Of a stretch of DNA of 64,000 bases, positions 35,902-47,050 are shown piece after piece. Below the pieces are notes generated by a model that made no database searches, was not told the DNA's origin, and worked only from the letters and a program-made list of their open reading frames with translations. Each line of letters opens with the position of its first letter. Position 1 is the first letter of the stretch. The stretch covers positions 1 to 64,000 of the IMG/VR virus record IMGVR_UViG_3300028601_000022. The stretch is one strand, 5' to 3'. The stretch is from a virus. Taxonomy: Duplodnaviria > Caudoviricetes. The translations under genes were made by a program, and so were the position numbers.

Positions 35902-38900
35902 ATGGCTCTGTATGTGAGGCTTGCTTCTCATGTATTCAACACATTTGAAGCCTTTAAGAACTGGATGCTGGTTCAGCAGATTGATATAGCCAGCAATCCA
36001 ACGCGGGCTCCTATCCTTCTTGCTGGCCAAAAGGTTACCATCAGCGATACGAAGACCGTGTATGCTGCGGTGAAGGAAATAACCAAGGTAGAGGACGTTC
36101 TTGAGCCTGACCTTAATGGTGGCTTTCTACCGAAGCTGCTGGCTGGCCAATCTTTTCTTTTTCCTGTATTTGCTCCCGGTGTTGCCAACCTTGCTATCTA
36201 CCCCGCAAGCGCTCCTGGCACAGTACCCCTGAAACTGGGCGAAGAGCTTATGGTTCATAATGCAGCCATCACTCTCGCCTTCGATGGCCAGGAAGAAAAC
36301 TGGAATCGCACATCTAGCATTCATGTTCTTGATGAAGGGAACACTACCCTTAACACGGGCCCGTTTTCCGTGTATGTTCGCACGGGCACCGAAGTAGCAA
36401 AATACCGTGAAGGTAAGGTAGTTACCCTGCAAAAGAACAGCAGCTACATGCTGGTCCTGCAAAACGCAACCAACGTGCAGCTTGTGGAAACCGGAAAGAG
36501 TACAATGCCGTTGTCTACAGCCATTCCGGACAACCCGAATGCTGCTCTTGATACCAACATACCATCTGAAAAGGCTGTATCGACTACCATCTTCAACCTT
36601 AATGACCGGTTGTCTAAAGCAATCAAGAGCAGCACCGGCTTCCTGCAATATACAGGCGTTGACCCGACCACCGATACCGTGGTGAAGATGGCAGAAAACG
36701 AACTGGCAGTTGACATTGCGTATGCAGCAGGCTCCCTGGAAGAACTTCCGGCTCCTAGCATAGACAACATTTATGCCCTTACGCTGAACGACAATACCAC
36801 AGTGAACGTACTTCGGTCAAAAACCGAAGTGACTCCTGTTTTCAGCGTGAATACCAACTATCTTGGTGAAGGTCACTTTGGAACAGTTGGTGTTCCCCTT
36901 GCTATTATTACAGCCTACCCTGGTGCGGTGAACAATAACATCGTGTCCAACCTGGATACAAACTCCGAATGGTACTACAACGGTATTACCTGGATTGAAA
37001 CGATACGCCCAGCTGGTGATTCAAAGTACCTGCACAACCTCAACTACAAGGGCGTCTACGACTTCCGCAGGACTCCTGCTTACATAGCCCAAGCCATTCA
37101 GATGATTTTCCCACTGTCCGTGAACGGTAACATTGTGAACAACGCAGTTACCAATACAGAGTGGGAAAAGGCTGCAGATACCTGGTCAGACTCTGGCCGC
37201 CCTGTAGGGGCTACTGCCCAGATAGACAACCCTAAAGTAAGTGGTACGTTTGCTTGGGATCCTACAAATGCTGACCAGGTGAAGAGCGTTCTTATATTCA
37301 GGTACGGCGATACGCACGACGATGGGAAAATCATCCTCGTGCAGGGCGGTACCGAATGGAAGTATGACGCTTACAATGCGGCTAACCCCTGGTCTGACCT
37401 TGGAACACCGGCTGGTACGCACTCTGACCTCCCTAACCCGATGTATCTTGGTACTGGAAGTTTCGGTGTAGGTGCAGCCGCAGCTAATAGCATTCTTCTT
37501 GCGCATCCGGAGGCTGTTGAAGGTAACTACATAGGTAATACAGACACCGCATCGGACTGGTTGTTTGGCGGTACGGTCTGGACAGATACAGGTGTGGCAC
37601 TCGGCTACTACAGCAAGATACCTAACCCGGCCTATGGTGGCGAGTATGTGTTTGATGCAGGTAACGGTGCTGAGGTATCGGCTGCTATTAGCGGCACGTA
37701 TCCGACTGCTCCTGTATCTAATGTAGTGTACTCTATGATGACCAACTCTGAATGGGTGAAGAGCGAATCTGGTCTGTGGGAAAACACCTTTAGCCCTAAC
37801 CAAACAACGCCGCCTAAGGTTGATAACCCCGGACTTCTAGGTACATTCAACTACCTTGAATACTGGGCGCCACCGGCTGAAACCCTGAAGCTTGTTTTCC
37901 CGGAGGCTACGTACGGTTGCTTTGTAAACAACACAAGCTCCGGCACGGAGTGGGAATACTCGAAGGACTACCTTGCTTGGGTTGATACACTGCGACCGTC
38001 TGGTACTACCCCTACAGAAGGTAATGACCACTATCTGGGTGCGGCCCCCTACAAGACCAACCCGCCTACGGATACGCACATTCTGAATATGCTATTTCCG
38101 AATTCTTCGGAAGGAACCTTCGTCCATAACATTACGACAGACTCCTACTGGTACGTTTTGCGCGGCACTTGGGTGAACACTAAAGAGAAGCTTCTCAATC
38201 GGTGGAGGTACGACCAGGTAGGCGTGTATTCCTGGGAGAATCGTGGAACGTCCGTTATCCTTCCCGGTAACCTGTTTCACCTTACTACCCGTTATATCGA
38301 CACAACAAAGTCAGAAATTTACTGGTTTGCAAACAGTTGGAACATTCTCGACTTTGATTCGGAAGCAGCGACACCGTTCACTACGGTAAAGCCTGGCTTC
38401 CTTACAGGTAAGAAAAGCTTCGGGTTTGTTGAGCCCTTCGTTGACGAAAACGACGTTACGTTCGGTAGGGTCAACGGTCTTGTAAACAGCGGTGCTGGTA
38501 ACCGCTTTCTGGATGACTCTGGTAACTACAGTACGGTTACGTCACCTCAGGTCTTCACTGCTGCAACCGACGTGTATGTTGACTTTGCCAACGGCAACGA
38601 TAGCCGGGAGGGCACTACGCCTAGCACGGCATGGAAGACGCTAGAGAGGGCCAAGTTGTTCTTGGCTACCGTGAACGCTAATTATGATTACGAGGCTGGC
38701 GGTTCGGCTTACCCGTCAAAGGTAGTGCTGCACTTTATCGGCGAGAATGCAACCCAGGACTTTACCATTGAAAACACCGCATTCCTCACTGTGGTTGGTC
38801 ATGGAAGCAACCCGGTTGCAGTATGCAAGAAATTGAGCATTATCAATAGCTCGGTTACCTTGCAGGGCGTCACCGCGACGGGCATAATCACTGCCTGGAA

Positions 38901-39945
38901 ATCGAAGATGCAGTTCATTGACGGCCTCACTTGCGGCGGTCTGGATATGATTGAATCTTCGGTGGAACAGAAGTCCAGGCTTACCATACCGCAAGCAAGC
39001 AGCGGTTATCCAACGATAAATATAGATGAACGGTCTTTGTTCTATCATACTGCCCTCATTGAGAGCGGTGTTAATCTCAACGCTACCGTTCCGTTCCTCA
39101 ACGTGCTTGGCACTTACATCAAGGCGAGTGGGGCTTCTTTCAATAGTCTTACTGGAATAAAGCTTCGGGGCGTTCGCGTTGCAGTAGGTAGCCTGGGCCG
39201 CTTGGTGGGAACAGATATTCCCTGGCTTAATAGTGCAGTACCCTATGTGACGTATGCAGATACTACCTCGGCTGACCCTGTCCGAATGCCTACCATCCGC
39301 TCTATGTACGGTACGGATGAAAAGACCGGTTTTCAGATTGCTGACGGTCGTGACCTTGCAGACGTTATCGGTGCAGGCCACACAGGTCTTACCGTTAAGT
39401 CCACTTTCTTGCAGGCGCTGAGGGAAATACCTATTGAAGAGCGCAAGCAGGGTATGACCATCTTCATTCAGCAGTTGAAGGGGCTTTACTACTTCCGCGA
39501 CGGCATCATGGATAAAGACCTCGTAAGGATGGTGGTTCCCCACTACAACATTACCTATGAAGTACAGGAATGCTGCACAGACAACTGGGCTGACCAATTC
39601 CCGTATGACTTGGTAGACGATGAAAACTTCCTTGGAGAGAACCCAATTCCTCCTGTGGAAGAGCCCATCGAGGACTATGTTTTCAGCAGCAGTCTTGATT
39701 GGGATGAACTCGTTACAGCTGGCAAGTTCTACTTGCAGAGTGTGATGGACGTATCCCAGAATGCTCCTGTTAATTCTACTGCTTGGTGGTGGCTGGAAGT
39801 AGGAACCCATGCTTTCAACGGAACAGAGTTGCGTATAATCCAGAAAGCCAAGCAACAGGATACATTAGGCTATACTCTGACCCGCGTGTTTTCTAACGGT
39901 GCTTGGAGTGACTGGTCGCATAACTATGCCCAGTTTGCTGGTTAA
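35902..39945 (+). CDS. Tail fibre / spike: seven ~65-aa repeats, beta-helix, C-terminal knob
   Basis: AGGAGG RBS; repeats NP.Y.G.F...YP....N..T..EW.....W.DT; VYVDFANGNDS..G....AWKT; knob NAP..WWWLEV..IQ..R..WSDW. Confidence 0.8.
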   Translation: MALYVRLASHVFNTFEAFKNWMLVQQIDIASNPTRAPILLAGQKVTISDTKTVYAAVKEITKVEDVLEPDLNGGFLPKLLAGQSFLFPVFAPGVANLAIYPASAPGTVPLKLGEELMVHNAAITLAFDGQEENWNRTSSIHVLDEGNTTLNTGPFSVYVRTGTEVAKYREGKVVTLQKNSSYMLVLQNATNVQLVETGKSTMPLSTAIPDNPNAALDTNIPSEKAVSTTIFNLNDRLSKAIKSSTGFLQYTGVDPTTDTVVKMAENELAVDIAYAAGSLEELPAPSIDNIYALTLNDNTTVNVLRSKTEVTPVFSVNTNYLGEGHFGTVGVPLAIITAYPGAVNNNIVSNLDTNSEWYYNGITWIETIRPAGDSKYLHNLNYKGVYDFRRTPAYIAQAIQMIFPLSVNGNIVNNAVTNTEWEKAADTWSDSGRPVGATAQIDNPKVSGTFAWDPTNADQVKSVLIFRYGDTHDDGKIILVQGGTEWKYDAYNAANPWSDLGTPAGTHSDLPNPMYLGTGSFGVGAAAANSILLAHPEAVEGNYIGNTDTASDWLFGGTVWTDTGVALGYYSKIPNPAYGGEYVFDAGNGAEVSAAISGTYPTAPVSNVVYSMMTNSEWVKSESGLWENTFSPNQTTPPKVDNPGLLGTFNYLEYWAPPAETLKLVFPEATYGCFVNNTSSGTEWEYSKDYLAWVDTLRPSGTTPTEGNDHYLGAAPYKTNPPTDTHILNMLFPNSSEGTFVHNITTDSYWYVLRGTWVNTKEKLLNRWRYDQVGVYSWENRGTSVILPGNLFHLTTRYIDTTKSEIYWFANSWNILDFDSEAATPFTTVKPGFLTGKKSFGFVEPFVDENDVTFGRVNGLVNSGAGNRFLDDSGNYSTVTSPQVFTAATDVYVDFANGNDSREGTTPSTAWKTLERAKLFLATVNANYDYEAGGSAYPSKVVLHFIGENATQDFTIENTAFLTVVGHGSNPVAVCKKLSIINSSVTLQGVTATGIITAWKSKMQFIDGLTCGGLDMIESSVEQKSRLTIPQASSGYPTINIDERSLFYHTALIESGVNLNATVPFLNVLGTYIKASGASFNSLTGIKLRGVRVAVGSLGRLVGTDIPWLNSAVPYVTYADTTSADPVRMPTIRSMYGTDEKTGFQIADGRDLADVIGAGHTGLTVKSTFLQALREIPIEERKQGMTIFIQQLKGLYYFRDGIMDKDLVRMVVPHYNITYEVQECCTDNWADQFPYDLVDDENFLGENPIPPVEEPIEDYVFSSSLDWDELVTAGKFYLQSVMDVSQNAPVNSTAWWWLEVGTHAFNGTELRIIQKAKQQDTLGYTLTRVFSNGAWSDWSHNYAQFAG

Positions 39946-39975
39946 CAACAACGAACCTTAGACAAGGATTATGCT

Positions 39976-42900
39976 ATGAATAACTGCGGTCCTCAGGTAA
40001 TCAAGGGCACGACGGCTATTTGGACCGTCAACAACAATGTGATTGCCCTCGGTGTCTTCTGTGTGGAAATCCTCACCAACAACAAAATCGCTGTTCGGGT
40101 AGGCGATGGCGTAAGGAAGTTCTTGGACCTCCCTGTCATTGCTACCAGCGAATCCTTCAGCGAAGTTATGACCTGGACGTCTGGCTCTGCATACAGCGCC
40201 AACTCCCTCGTTGCCTACAACGGCGACATTTATGCCGCGAAAGCCGACATTGTGGCCAGCCCGGTGTTCGACCCCACGCAGTGGAACACCCTTACGTCTA
40301 CTGCGCTGGTTGCCGAGGTGGCTTCTAAGTTGAGCAAAGTGGAAGCTTCTCGCGCCCTGCTTGAAGACCTGCAGGTACAGACTTCCCCTACTTCCGTTAT
40401 CCTTAAGAAGCACTCATACAGCCTGGGCACTGCAACTGCCAGCGAAGCCGATGCAAGTATTCCGCTTGCGGACGGCGCCAATGCCGGTGCTATGCCTCCG
40501 TCAGCTTTCAACCAGCTGAATCAGAATACGGCGCGCATTGCCGCCCTTGAAGGGCGCATTACGGTGTATCTTGTTCCGTTTACCGGCTTTGCTGACCCCG
40601 ACGCTCCTACGCAGCTTGAACTTACTGATGCATACCAGACCGCAGCTGGCGTTGATACTATTCCGTTCGACGGCGTTACGCTGGTTCGCGAAAGCAACGT
40701 GGCTGAAACGTACCGCTACTATGCCAATGCCGACGAATGGAAAAAGAATGCCACTGGCAGTCTTTCTATCGCACAGAACGGCGCACTCGGCATTGTGCAG
40801 GGCGATACCGAAGCTGGCAAAATCTTCATGGAAGCCGACGGCACAATGTCCCTCGTTGGCTACGATGTTATCGTTGAAGGAAAGACTTTCCCGGCAGCGG
40901 GCCTCACAACGAAAGACCTGGCGAGCGGCCTTACTCTGCAAAAGACCGCTGCTGTTACGCGCAAGGATACCCACAACGGCTCCCAGGAAGAAAAGGATAT
41001 CCTGGAACTGCAGGTTACAGAAGGTGGTGTGATGAAGCAGGTTGGCGGCCTTGCCGTCAACGGCGTTCGCATCGACTTTGACCACAAATCGTTGGTCATA
41101 AAGACCAAAGGCGAAGATGCCTTTTACCAGCTTACAAACGGGCCCTACAAGATAACGTCGGCGAATGCTTGCGTGGAAATGTATGGTCGCCTGTTCATCT
41201 TTGATGAAGCGGTCCCGGGCAAGGGTATCATACGCAACGCGGATGGAACCATCAGCGAAGTGACCGACCTTGGCATCTACTGCCCTAGCAGCACTGTCAA
41301 TGTCATCCACGTGTTCGACCCTGACGACAAGGACGTATGCTTCATTATCAATGAAGCCACCCAGTCTACCACCCTTTGCGTGTATCCGGACGGCTCCTAC
41401 AAGACCTGCGATTTTGGCACCGTTGGACGCACGCCGCAGAATATCTCCAACATCGAGCTTCTTACCTCCCTGAACGGAGAGCGCCATTCGTACTACATGA
41501 GGGAAAGTCATGCCCTTAATACCGCAGTCAACACGGCACTTACAGAACATATTCTGTTCCAGTTGGAAGACTGCACATTCAAAATCCTGGATGCTACCAC
41601 AAAGGCCTGCGACGGCGGTGATGAAACATTTGTACCGGGTGCCAACTTCGGCGATTACAGGATTTTCTGGGAAGGGCACACCGACATTGACGACATTGTG
41701 CCCAACTCCAAGAACTCCCTGGACATGTTGTATGCCGACAACAAAATCGGTAACCGCCGATTCCCCTTCAAGACCGGCCAATGGCAGACTGAATCTGGTT
41801 CTGTTCGCCGTAACAAGAGGATGAGGGCGCCGCATAACGGTCTGTATACCTTCAGCAAGGGTGCCCAGATTTTGTGGGGCCAGTTCAATACCAACTTGCA
41901 GGCCATGCTGATTACCCCGGAAGGCTTCATTGGCTGGTTTGAGTGCAAAGACTCGCTGGCGAAATGGTTCAACAAGGACTTCCGCGAGTTTGAAATTGAA
42001 AGAGGCCCGTATGCCGGTAAGCGCGGTATCATCTTGTACTCCATCGACGGCGGTATCAAGACGATGGTTATTGTCAACTCCTATGACAATGACCCTGCGC
42101 ATACTCTCTGCACCGGCTTGCATACCAATACGACCAACTTGCACCACGTTTCAGGCAAGAATCCTATTGCAGACAACTTTGCGTTGAAGCCCAACATGGT
42201 TTACACAGATGGTATCCGCGTGTATCTTGGCCAGGACACCAAAGCCGTTGCTGCAAGCAAGAGGTACTTTGTGTACTTCAACTTGTCAGAAATGGCGCCG
42301 AATACCTACAATGCAGGAACCGATACGTGGACGCGTAACTTCGACTGCCACTGCATTGACTCGCTGATTGATACCACGTTGACCACTCTTATTTTTGAGT
42401 GCAATGCGTGGAACACTACTTATCACTGCGACTTCGGCACGGGTTCCGATGGTGGCACAGGCACCCTCGTCAAGGGCGAGGGCACAGTATCCATGTTCCT
42501 CCCACTGCAAGAAGATACGTGGGACGGTGCAGACGGCATACGCCCCCACTTTGTGCGCCATCCTGGTGACATTAACGTGTACGCAAGCATCGGCACCGGT
42601 GCTACAGGTGCTTCCTACTGGATGAACCCAAGCAGGGTTGCTGTAAACTGGAATAATCACCATATCCAATGTCTGTGCGCACCTACTCCTGCAGCGGTTA
42701 CGCAGGCTTTGGACTTCTATTACGATGCAGCCGCTAAGAGGATGGTATGCCGTGCAATTAACTTTGCATCGGGCAAGATTCATCTTCCTGTTGTCATTGA
42801 CAATAAGCACATGCTGCTGTGGCCTTCGGACGGCACGGCCCGCTGCGTTGCTCTTACATGGGACTCCACTGCGGAGGACTACACGGTAATAGACGGCGGT

Positions 42901-45141
42901 GCTTGGTTGCCTCCCCGTACTACATCCGCGCATCTGACGTATGTGAAGTACCCCTCTGAGGCTGAAGCGGCCGCGGGTGTAAAGACCAAGATATACTTCT
43001 TTGATATGGGAGCGGCGCGCACAGACTATTTGCGCCTTACCTACACAGAAGATGAAGACGGATTGTCGATTCCTGCTTACACAACCTTCGCTCTTCCCAA
43101 GAGCATGATATGCGGCAGGCTGATTGCTTACGCCAATGACAAGATTCTTATTACCCCTGGCGCTGCTGACACGGCTGCATACTACTTTACGCTCGAAATG
43201 TCCTCGGCTATCGCAGTCACTTATCCTGACTCCGGCATAATCCAGGACATCTTCGACATAACCAATACAATGAACCCGAACGAAACGGCGGACGGTGCAT
43301 ACCTGGTTACTCAGGGCGATGCAGCCTTCTTCTACGTTCTCGAACGCGATTCTCAAACGGGTGTGCCTACTTTTACACGGTACGCCAAGCGATTGGGTGT
43401 AAGCAGAAGGTTGTGGGCCCTGCCCAATGGTTCCAAGGGCGGCATACCCACGCTGCGCTTTGCTCTGGGTTGCAATATTGCGGCTGTCAGCACGGAGAGT
43501 TCGCCCGTTTCTATCATAGAGCGCGTGGGCGGAACAATCAATGCAACCAACCCCAACCCTATCAACTATACACTCGTCCGTGACTTCGGCACTGACGCTA
43601 ATGCCGCAGCCCGCGCTGACCTTGCAGTACCTGCAAAGGTGTGGGGTGAACCCCATTTGATTCCTGGAACCACGGATGCGGTTCGCTTTATGTCTACCTA
43701 TACGCAGCATGACGGTGATGCCCTCTCGCAGCACGGTGACTGCTCACTTCTTGGTTACAAGAACCAAGTGCCCGTCTACGGTGAAGCGCACTACGTCAAA
43801 AAGGACATTTCGCACCTTCCCCAGGAAATTGCAAACTCCGACCAGTACTGGTTTGAAGTAGGTCCCACGAAAGAAAAGGACGGCCTTATTACTACCCCCA
43901 CGAACTTTGGCGTGGCCTACCGCATGCAGGACCATTGGGAAGCATTCCCTACCGATACAGAGTATGCTGTGGGCAATGTCTTCCGCGGCGGCAACAAATG
44001 TCGGGTTTGGTTGTGCGGTCAGATTACGGATAACTACTACGGTTCTCCTATGCTGACCATGCTCATTGTGAATGAAGTGGTAACAACTACCGTTACAGGC
44101 CGCGTTCCTGGACAGTTCGTGCAGATGGGTTCTTTCAACCTTAAGGCTGCCGTGCTTGCAGGTGGTTCGCTTACAACGATGGGTTCACAGGGCGGCGCCG
44201 GCCATGCGTATGACTTCCGATTCCGCAAGCACCGCATATTCAGGCGGGATTTGTCGCGTGAACAGAACGTAGCAAACTGGTCTAGCAATGAAGCCCCCAC
44301 GGTCATTGACATGACGCGCAATCTGCCGTATGCAACCCTGGCCGCTGCTGACTACGGCGTAGCTCGTGGTGCTCCGGTGGTTCCTGTCATGCAAACAACG
44401 GCCCGTCAGCCTATGTATGCCTTGTATGAAAACCAGATTCTGCCTGGCATCTACGCTCGCCGCAACAACCAACTTGTTCCGAACTATCCTGGTGCTGAAT
44501 TGAACATTGTTCCTTACTTTGAATTTACGGACGAGAAGTGTTCGATGGTATTCAAGGACATTGACGGTACGGTACTCCCTGGGGTTACCCCGTTTACTGG
44601 CCAGGTAAGGGTAACAAACCAACGTCAGGGCTTGGATGCAAACACGGTGTTCATGTCCAGGGAAATCTACGATGCAGCATCCGGCGATGCCGTTGTTATG
44701 TGCTTCTACACCGAAGGTGGCGTTAGCAAGTACAAGGACATTGTGATTCCGAAGGCTCAGGAATATATTGAACAGGTGGTTCATCGTGGAAACACGATGG
44801 AGTTCTCCGGCCCCACAAAGAAGTGGGTGCTGGACTTGGCTACAGGCCTTGTAACCCGTGCAAGCACTCCGCCCTATTCGGTTGCTGCTGTGACTTTCGA
44901 TATGGGCATCGACCTCGCTTCCGCAAGACCGGATAACGGCTACAAGCTGTATGTCTATCTTCCGCAGAACTTGGTCATGGAATACCAGGGCGAAACGTAC
45001 TGGTCTGTTCCTCTTGCTGACCTCGTGCTGCGCGGGCAGACGGTGGCCGAGGACCTCACAGTTACCAACTCGGTTCGTGCAAACACGCTTGAAGTGAGCA
45101 CCATTCTCTTGCAGAGCAAGTACCCCAAAGTGAGCTACTAG
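39976..45141 (+). CDS. Large tail fibre / receptor-binding protein
   Basis: VGDGV..F.DLP N-terminal motif, CBM-like WTSGSAYSANSLVAYNG, IPLA....AG.M, long beta-rich body. Confidence 0.75.
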   Translation: MNNCGPQVIKGTTAIWTVNNNVIALGVFCVEILTNNKIAVRVGDGVRKFLDLPVIATSESFSEVMTWTSGSAYSANSLVAYNGDIYAAKADIVASPVFDPTQWNTLTSTALVAEVASKLSKVEASRALLEDLQVQTSPTSVILKKHSYSLGTATASEADASIPLADGANAGAMPPSAFNQLNQNTARIAALEGRITVYLVPFTGFADPDAPTQLELTDAYQTAAGVDTIPFDGVTLVRESNVAETYRYYANADEWKKNATGSLSIAQNGALGIVQGDTEAGKIFMEADGTMSLVGYDVIVEGKTFPAAGLTTKDLASGLTLQKTAAVTRKDTHNGSQEEKDILELQVTEGGVMKQVGGLAVNGVRIDFDHKSLVIKTKGEDAFYQLTNGPYKITSANACVEMYGRLFIFDEAVPGKGIIRNADGTISEVTDLGIYCPSSTVNVIHVFDPDDKDVCFIINEATQSTTLCVYPDGSYKTCDFGTVGRTPQNISNIELLTSLNGERHSYYMRESHALNTAVNTALTEHILFQLEDCTFKILDATTKACDGGDETFVPGANFGDYRIFWEGHTDIDDIVPNSKNSLDMLYADNKIGNRRFPFKTGQWQTESGSVRRNKRMRAPHNGLYTFSKGAQILWGQFNTNLQAMLITPEGFIGWFECKDSLAKWFNKDFREFEIERGPYAGKRGIILYSIDGGIKTMVIVNSYDNDPAHTLCTGLHTNTTNLHHVSGKNPIADNFALKPNMVYTDGIRVYLGQDTKAVAASKRYFVYFNLSEMAPNTYNAGTDTWTRNFDCHCIDSLIDTTLTTLIFECNAWNTTYHCDFGTGSDGGTGTLVKGEGTVSMFLPLQEDTWDGADGIRPHFVRHPGDINVYASIGTGATGASYWMNPSRVAVNWNNHHIQCLCAPTPAAVTQALDFYYDAAAKRMVCRAINFASGKIHLPVVIDNKHMLLWPSDGTARCVALTWDSTAEDYTVIDGGAWLPPRTTSAHLTYVKYPSEAEAAAGVKTKIYFFDMGAARTDYLRLTYTEDEDGLSIPAYTTFALPKSMICGRLIAYANDKILITPGAADTAAYYFTLEMSSAIAVTYPDSGIIQDIFDITNTMNPNETADGAYLVTQGDAAFFYVLERDSQTGVPTFTRYAKRLGVSRRLWALPNGSKGGIPTLRFALGCNIAAVSTESSPVSIIERVGGTINATNPNPINYTLVRDFGTDANAAARADLAVPAKVWGEPHLIPGTTDAVRFMSTYTQHDGDALSQHGDCSLLGYKNQVPVYGEAHYVKKDISHLPQEIANSDQYWFEVGPTKEKDGLITTPTNFGVAYRMQDHWEAFPTDTEYAVGNVFRGGNKCRVWLCGQITDNYYGSPMLTMLIVNEVVTTTVTGRVPGQFVQMGSFNLKAAVLAGGSLTTMGSQGGAGHAYDFRFRKHRIFRRDLSREQNVANWSSNEAPTVIDMTRNLPYATLAAADYGVARGAPVVPVMQTTARQPMYALYENQILPGIYARRNNQLVPNYPGAELNIVPYFEFTDEKCSMVFKDIDGTVLPGVTPFTGQVRVTNQRQGLDANTVFMSREIYDAASGDAVVMCFYTEGGVSKYKDIVIPKAQEYIEQVVHRGNTMEFSGPTKKWVLDLATGLVTRASTPPYSVAAVTFDMGIDLASARPDNGYKLYVYLPQNLVMEYQGETYWSVPLADLVLRGQTVAEDLTVTNSVRANTLEVSTILLQSKYPKVSY

Positions 45142-45151
45142 CCGGCACAAT

Positions 45152-45186
45152 AGGGCTGCCTTGTATAATGCAGGGCAGCCCTTCTT
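45152..45186 (+). terminator. Terminator-like hairpin
   Basis: AGGGCTGCC...GGCAGCCCT followed by TCTT. Confidence 0.6.
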
Positions 45187-45207
45187 GCTTTCACCAGGAG
45201 ATTCAAT

Positions 45208-45975
45208 ATGGCAAATATCAATTTGGTCAATCTCAATGACGCTGTTTATAGAATGCTCAATCCTGCGTGGCCTTGGAACGGCTTTGAGAGTACGGCCCTT
45301 AGCCCAGCCAACTTCAATGCCGTAAATTGTCCCTTGCTTCATAACCATGACCGAAGGGAAGTAGTAACCTATAAAGACTGGGTATCTATCCTTGCAGGCA
45401 ACCCGAATGTAACCAACACAACCTCAGATGCCGCTAGCCGCTGCCTTGCTCTTTGCGACTCTGCCCAGAGGGCAGGCCTGAAGCCGTGGGCTCGTACTTT
45501 CGGTAAGTTTGCAGGACCCGGCGGGAAGCCTCTTGCTGAGGTAAAACCCCTGGATGAAATGTTCTGGTACTACGATGCTTTGGACAGGCAGCTTCGTTAT
45601 ACCCTTAACAACGTAAACAACCCGTGCCGAGTAATGCACTGGTATCATAACAACGGATGGAAGTGGCGCTGGGCAGAAACTGGCATCACGGTAGAGCCAG
45701 GTGCTCGCGTAACCCTGCAGCCAGGCGTGTATGGTGCCAGTAGCATGGCCTACAGCAATGCTGGTACTGGCTTTAGTATAAATGACTCTACCGGGCCTAC
45801 CCCAGGCAGTTACCTCTTGCAGTATTCTGACCCTAACGGCGGGGTGTGGAGATACATGAACTCCATCTTTTTTGTGGACTCTCCAGTTGACATAGAAATC
45901 ATGTGGTCTGGCAGCGGTTCCCATGTCATGCAAGGCATCGTATTCCGCATTACGCCCCCAGGGTATTGGTGCTAA
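45208..45975 (+). CDS. Adhesin-like paralog 1
   Basis: AGGAG RBS; follows fibre genes; conserved/variable blocks versus paralog 2. Confidence 0.65.
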   Translation: MANINLVNLNDAVYRMLNPAWPWNGFESTALSPANFNAVNCPLLHNHDRREVVTYKDWVSILAGNPNVTNTTSDAASRCLALCDSAQRAGLKPWARTFGKFAGPGGKPLAEVKPLDEMFWYYDALDRQLRYTLNNVNNPCRVMHWYHNNGWKWRWAETGITVEPGARVTLQPGVYGASSMAYSNAGTGFSINDSTGPTPGSYLLQYSDPNGGVWRYMNSIFFVDSPVDIEIMWSGSGSHVMQGIVFRITPPGYWC

Positions 45976-45984
45976 GGAGCTAAC

Positions 45985-46755
45985 ATGGCAAATATCAACT
46001 TGGTCAACTTGAATGATGCAGTCTACAGGATGCTTAATCCGGCTTTTGTTTGGACAAGCGGTGCCAATAATGCAAACCCGATGACCGAAGAGAACTTCAA
46101 CAAGATAAACTGCCCTCTTCTTCACAACCACGACCGCAGGGAAGTGGTGACCTATAAAGACTGGGTATCTATTCTTGCCGGTAACCCTGACGTTACCGAT
46201 ACCCGACCTAACAGGCGTAGCAGGTGTCTTGCATTGAGCGATACACCTGGATACTCTTATCTGAAACCTTGGGCTCGCACGTTCGGTAAGCCCGCCGGCC
46301 CAGGCGGAAAGCCCCTTGCCGAAGTAAAGCCGCTGGATGAAATGTTCTGGTACTACGATGCTTTGGACAGGTATATTGCATCTACCATAACCAATGTAAA
46401 GAACGCTTGCCGCGTCCTGTATTACTATTACCATACAACGAACGGTTGGTCGCCGCAGTGGGCGGAAGATGGGTCGAAAATATCCGATAATAAGACCTCG
46501 CAGCGCCTCGAGCCTGGTGTTTACGGTGCTTGCAGTTCTTCCTATTCCAGAGATACTGGGTTCGATATTTTTGACGAAACTGGGCCGACCCCTGGTGTCT
46601 TTCCGTTCCTTCGAGTAAATAATGGCGGCTCCTGGGGCTTTCAGAACTCCATCTTCTTTGTAGACTCTCCTGTAGAAATTCGGCCCTGGTGGGGCGGTGG
46701 TAGCCATTTTCAGGGTATGGTATTTCGCATTACACCTCCGGGATACTGGTGCTAA
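45985..46755 (+). CDS. Adhesin-like paralog 2
   Basis: AAGGAG RBS; identical N- and C-terminal peptides to paralog 1. Confidence 0.65.
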   Translation: MANINLVNLNDAVYRMLNPAFVWTSGANNANPMTEENFNKINCPLLHNHDRREVVTYKDWVSILAGNPDVTDTRPNRRSRCLALSDTPGYSYLKPWARTFGKPAGPGGKPLAEVKPLDEMFWYYDALDRYIASTITNVKNACRVLYYYYHTTNGWSPQWAEDGSKISDNKTSQRLEPGVYGACSSSYSRDTGFDIFDETGPTPGVFPFLRVNNGGSWGFQNSIFFVDSPVEIRPWWGGGSHFQGMVFRITPPGYWC

Positions 46756-46757
46756 GC

Positions 46758-47042
46758 ATGGTAGCTCTATCCAAGTTGAAGGACCTATATCCTGAGGATT
46801 GGCCGGAGATTGCACGCCACTACAAGAAAATGATGAACTACACCTGCGAAGAGTGTGGTAAGAAGTACCCTAAGAACAGTAAGTGGCTGCATGTCCATCA
46901 TATAGTACCCCTGTCTAAAGGCGGCGATTGCGAAGATGATAACCTGCAACTCCTGTGTTTTTCATGCCATCGAAAGAAGCATAGTCACATGGGAGGGTCA
47001 GCTTCGTCTAAGAAGACCCGCTACTCAAAACCATTCAATTAG
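46758..47042 (+). CDS. HNH endonuclease
   Basis: CEECG, LHVHHIVPLSKGG, NLQLLC..CH..KH. Confidence 0.9.
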   Translation: MVALSKLKDLYPEDWPEIARHYKKMMNYTCEECGKKYPKNSKWLHVHHIVPLSKGGDCEDDNLQLLCFSCHRKKHSHMGGSASSKKTRYSKPFN

Positions 47043-47050
47043 AGGTCAAC

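Noticed and set aside
45208-46755. Diversity-generating retroelement TR/VR pair
   Set aside because: Differences are not adenine-specific, include indels and synonymous changes, both copies are full genes, and no reverse transcriptase is in the window.
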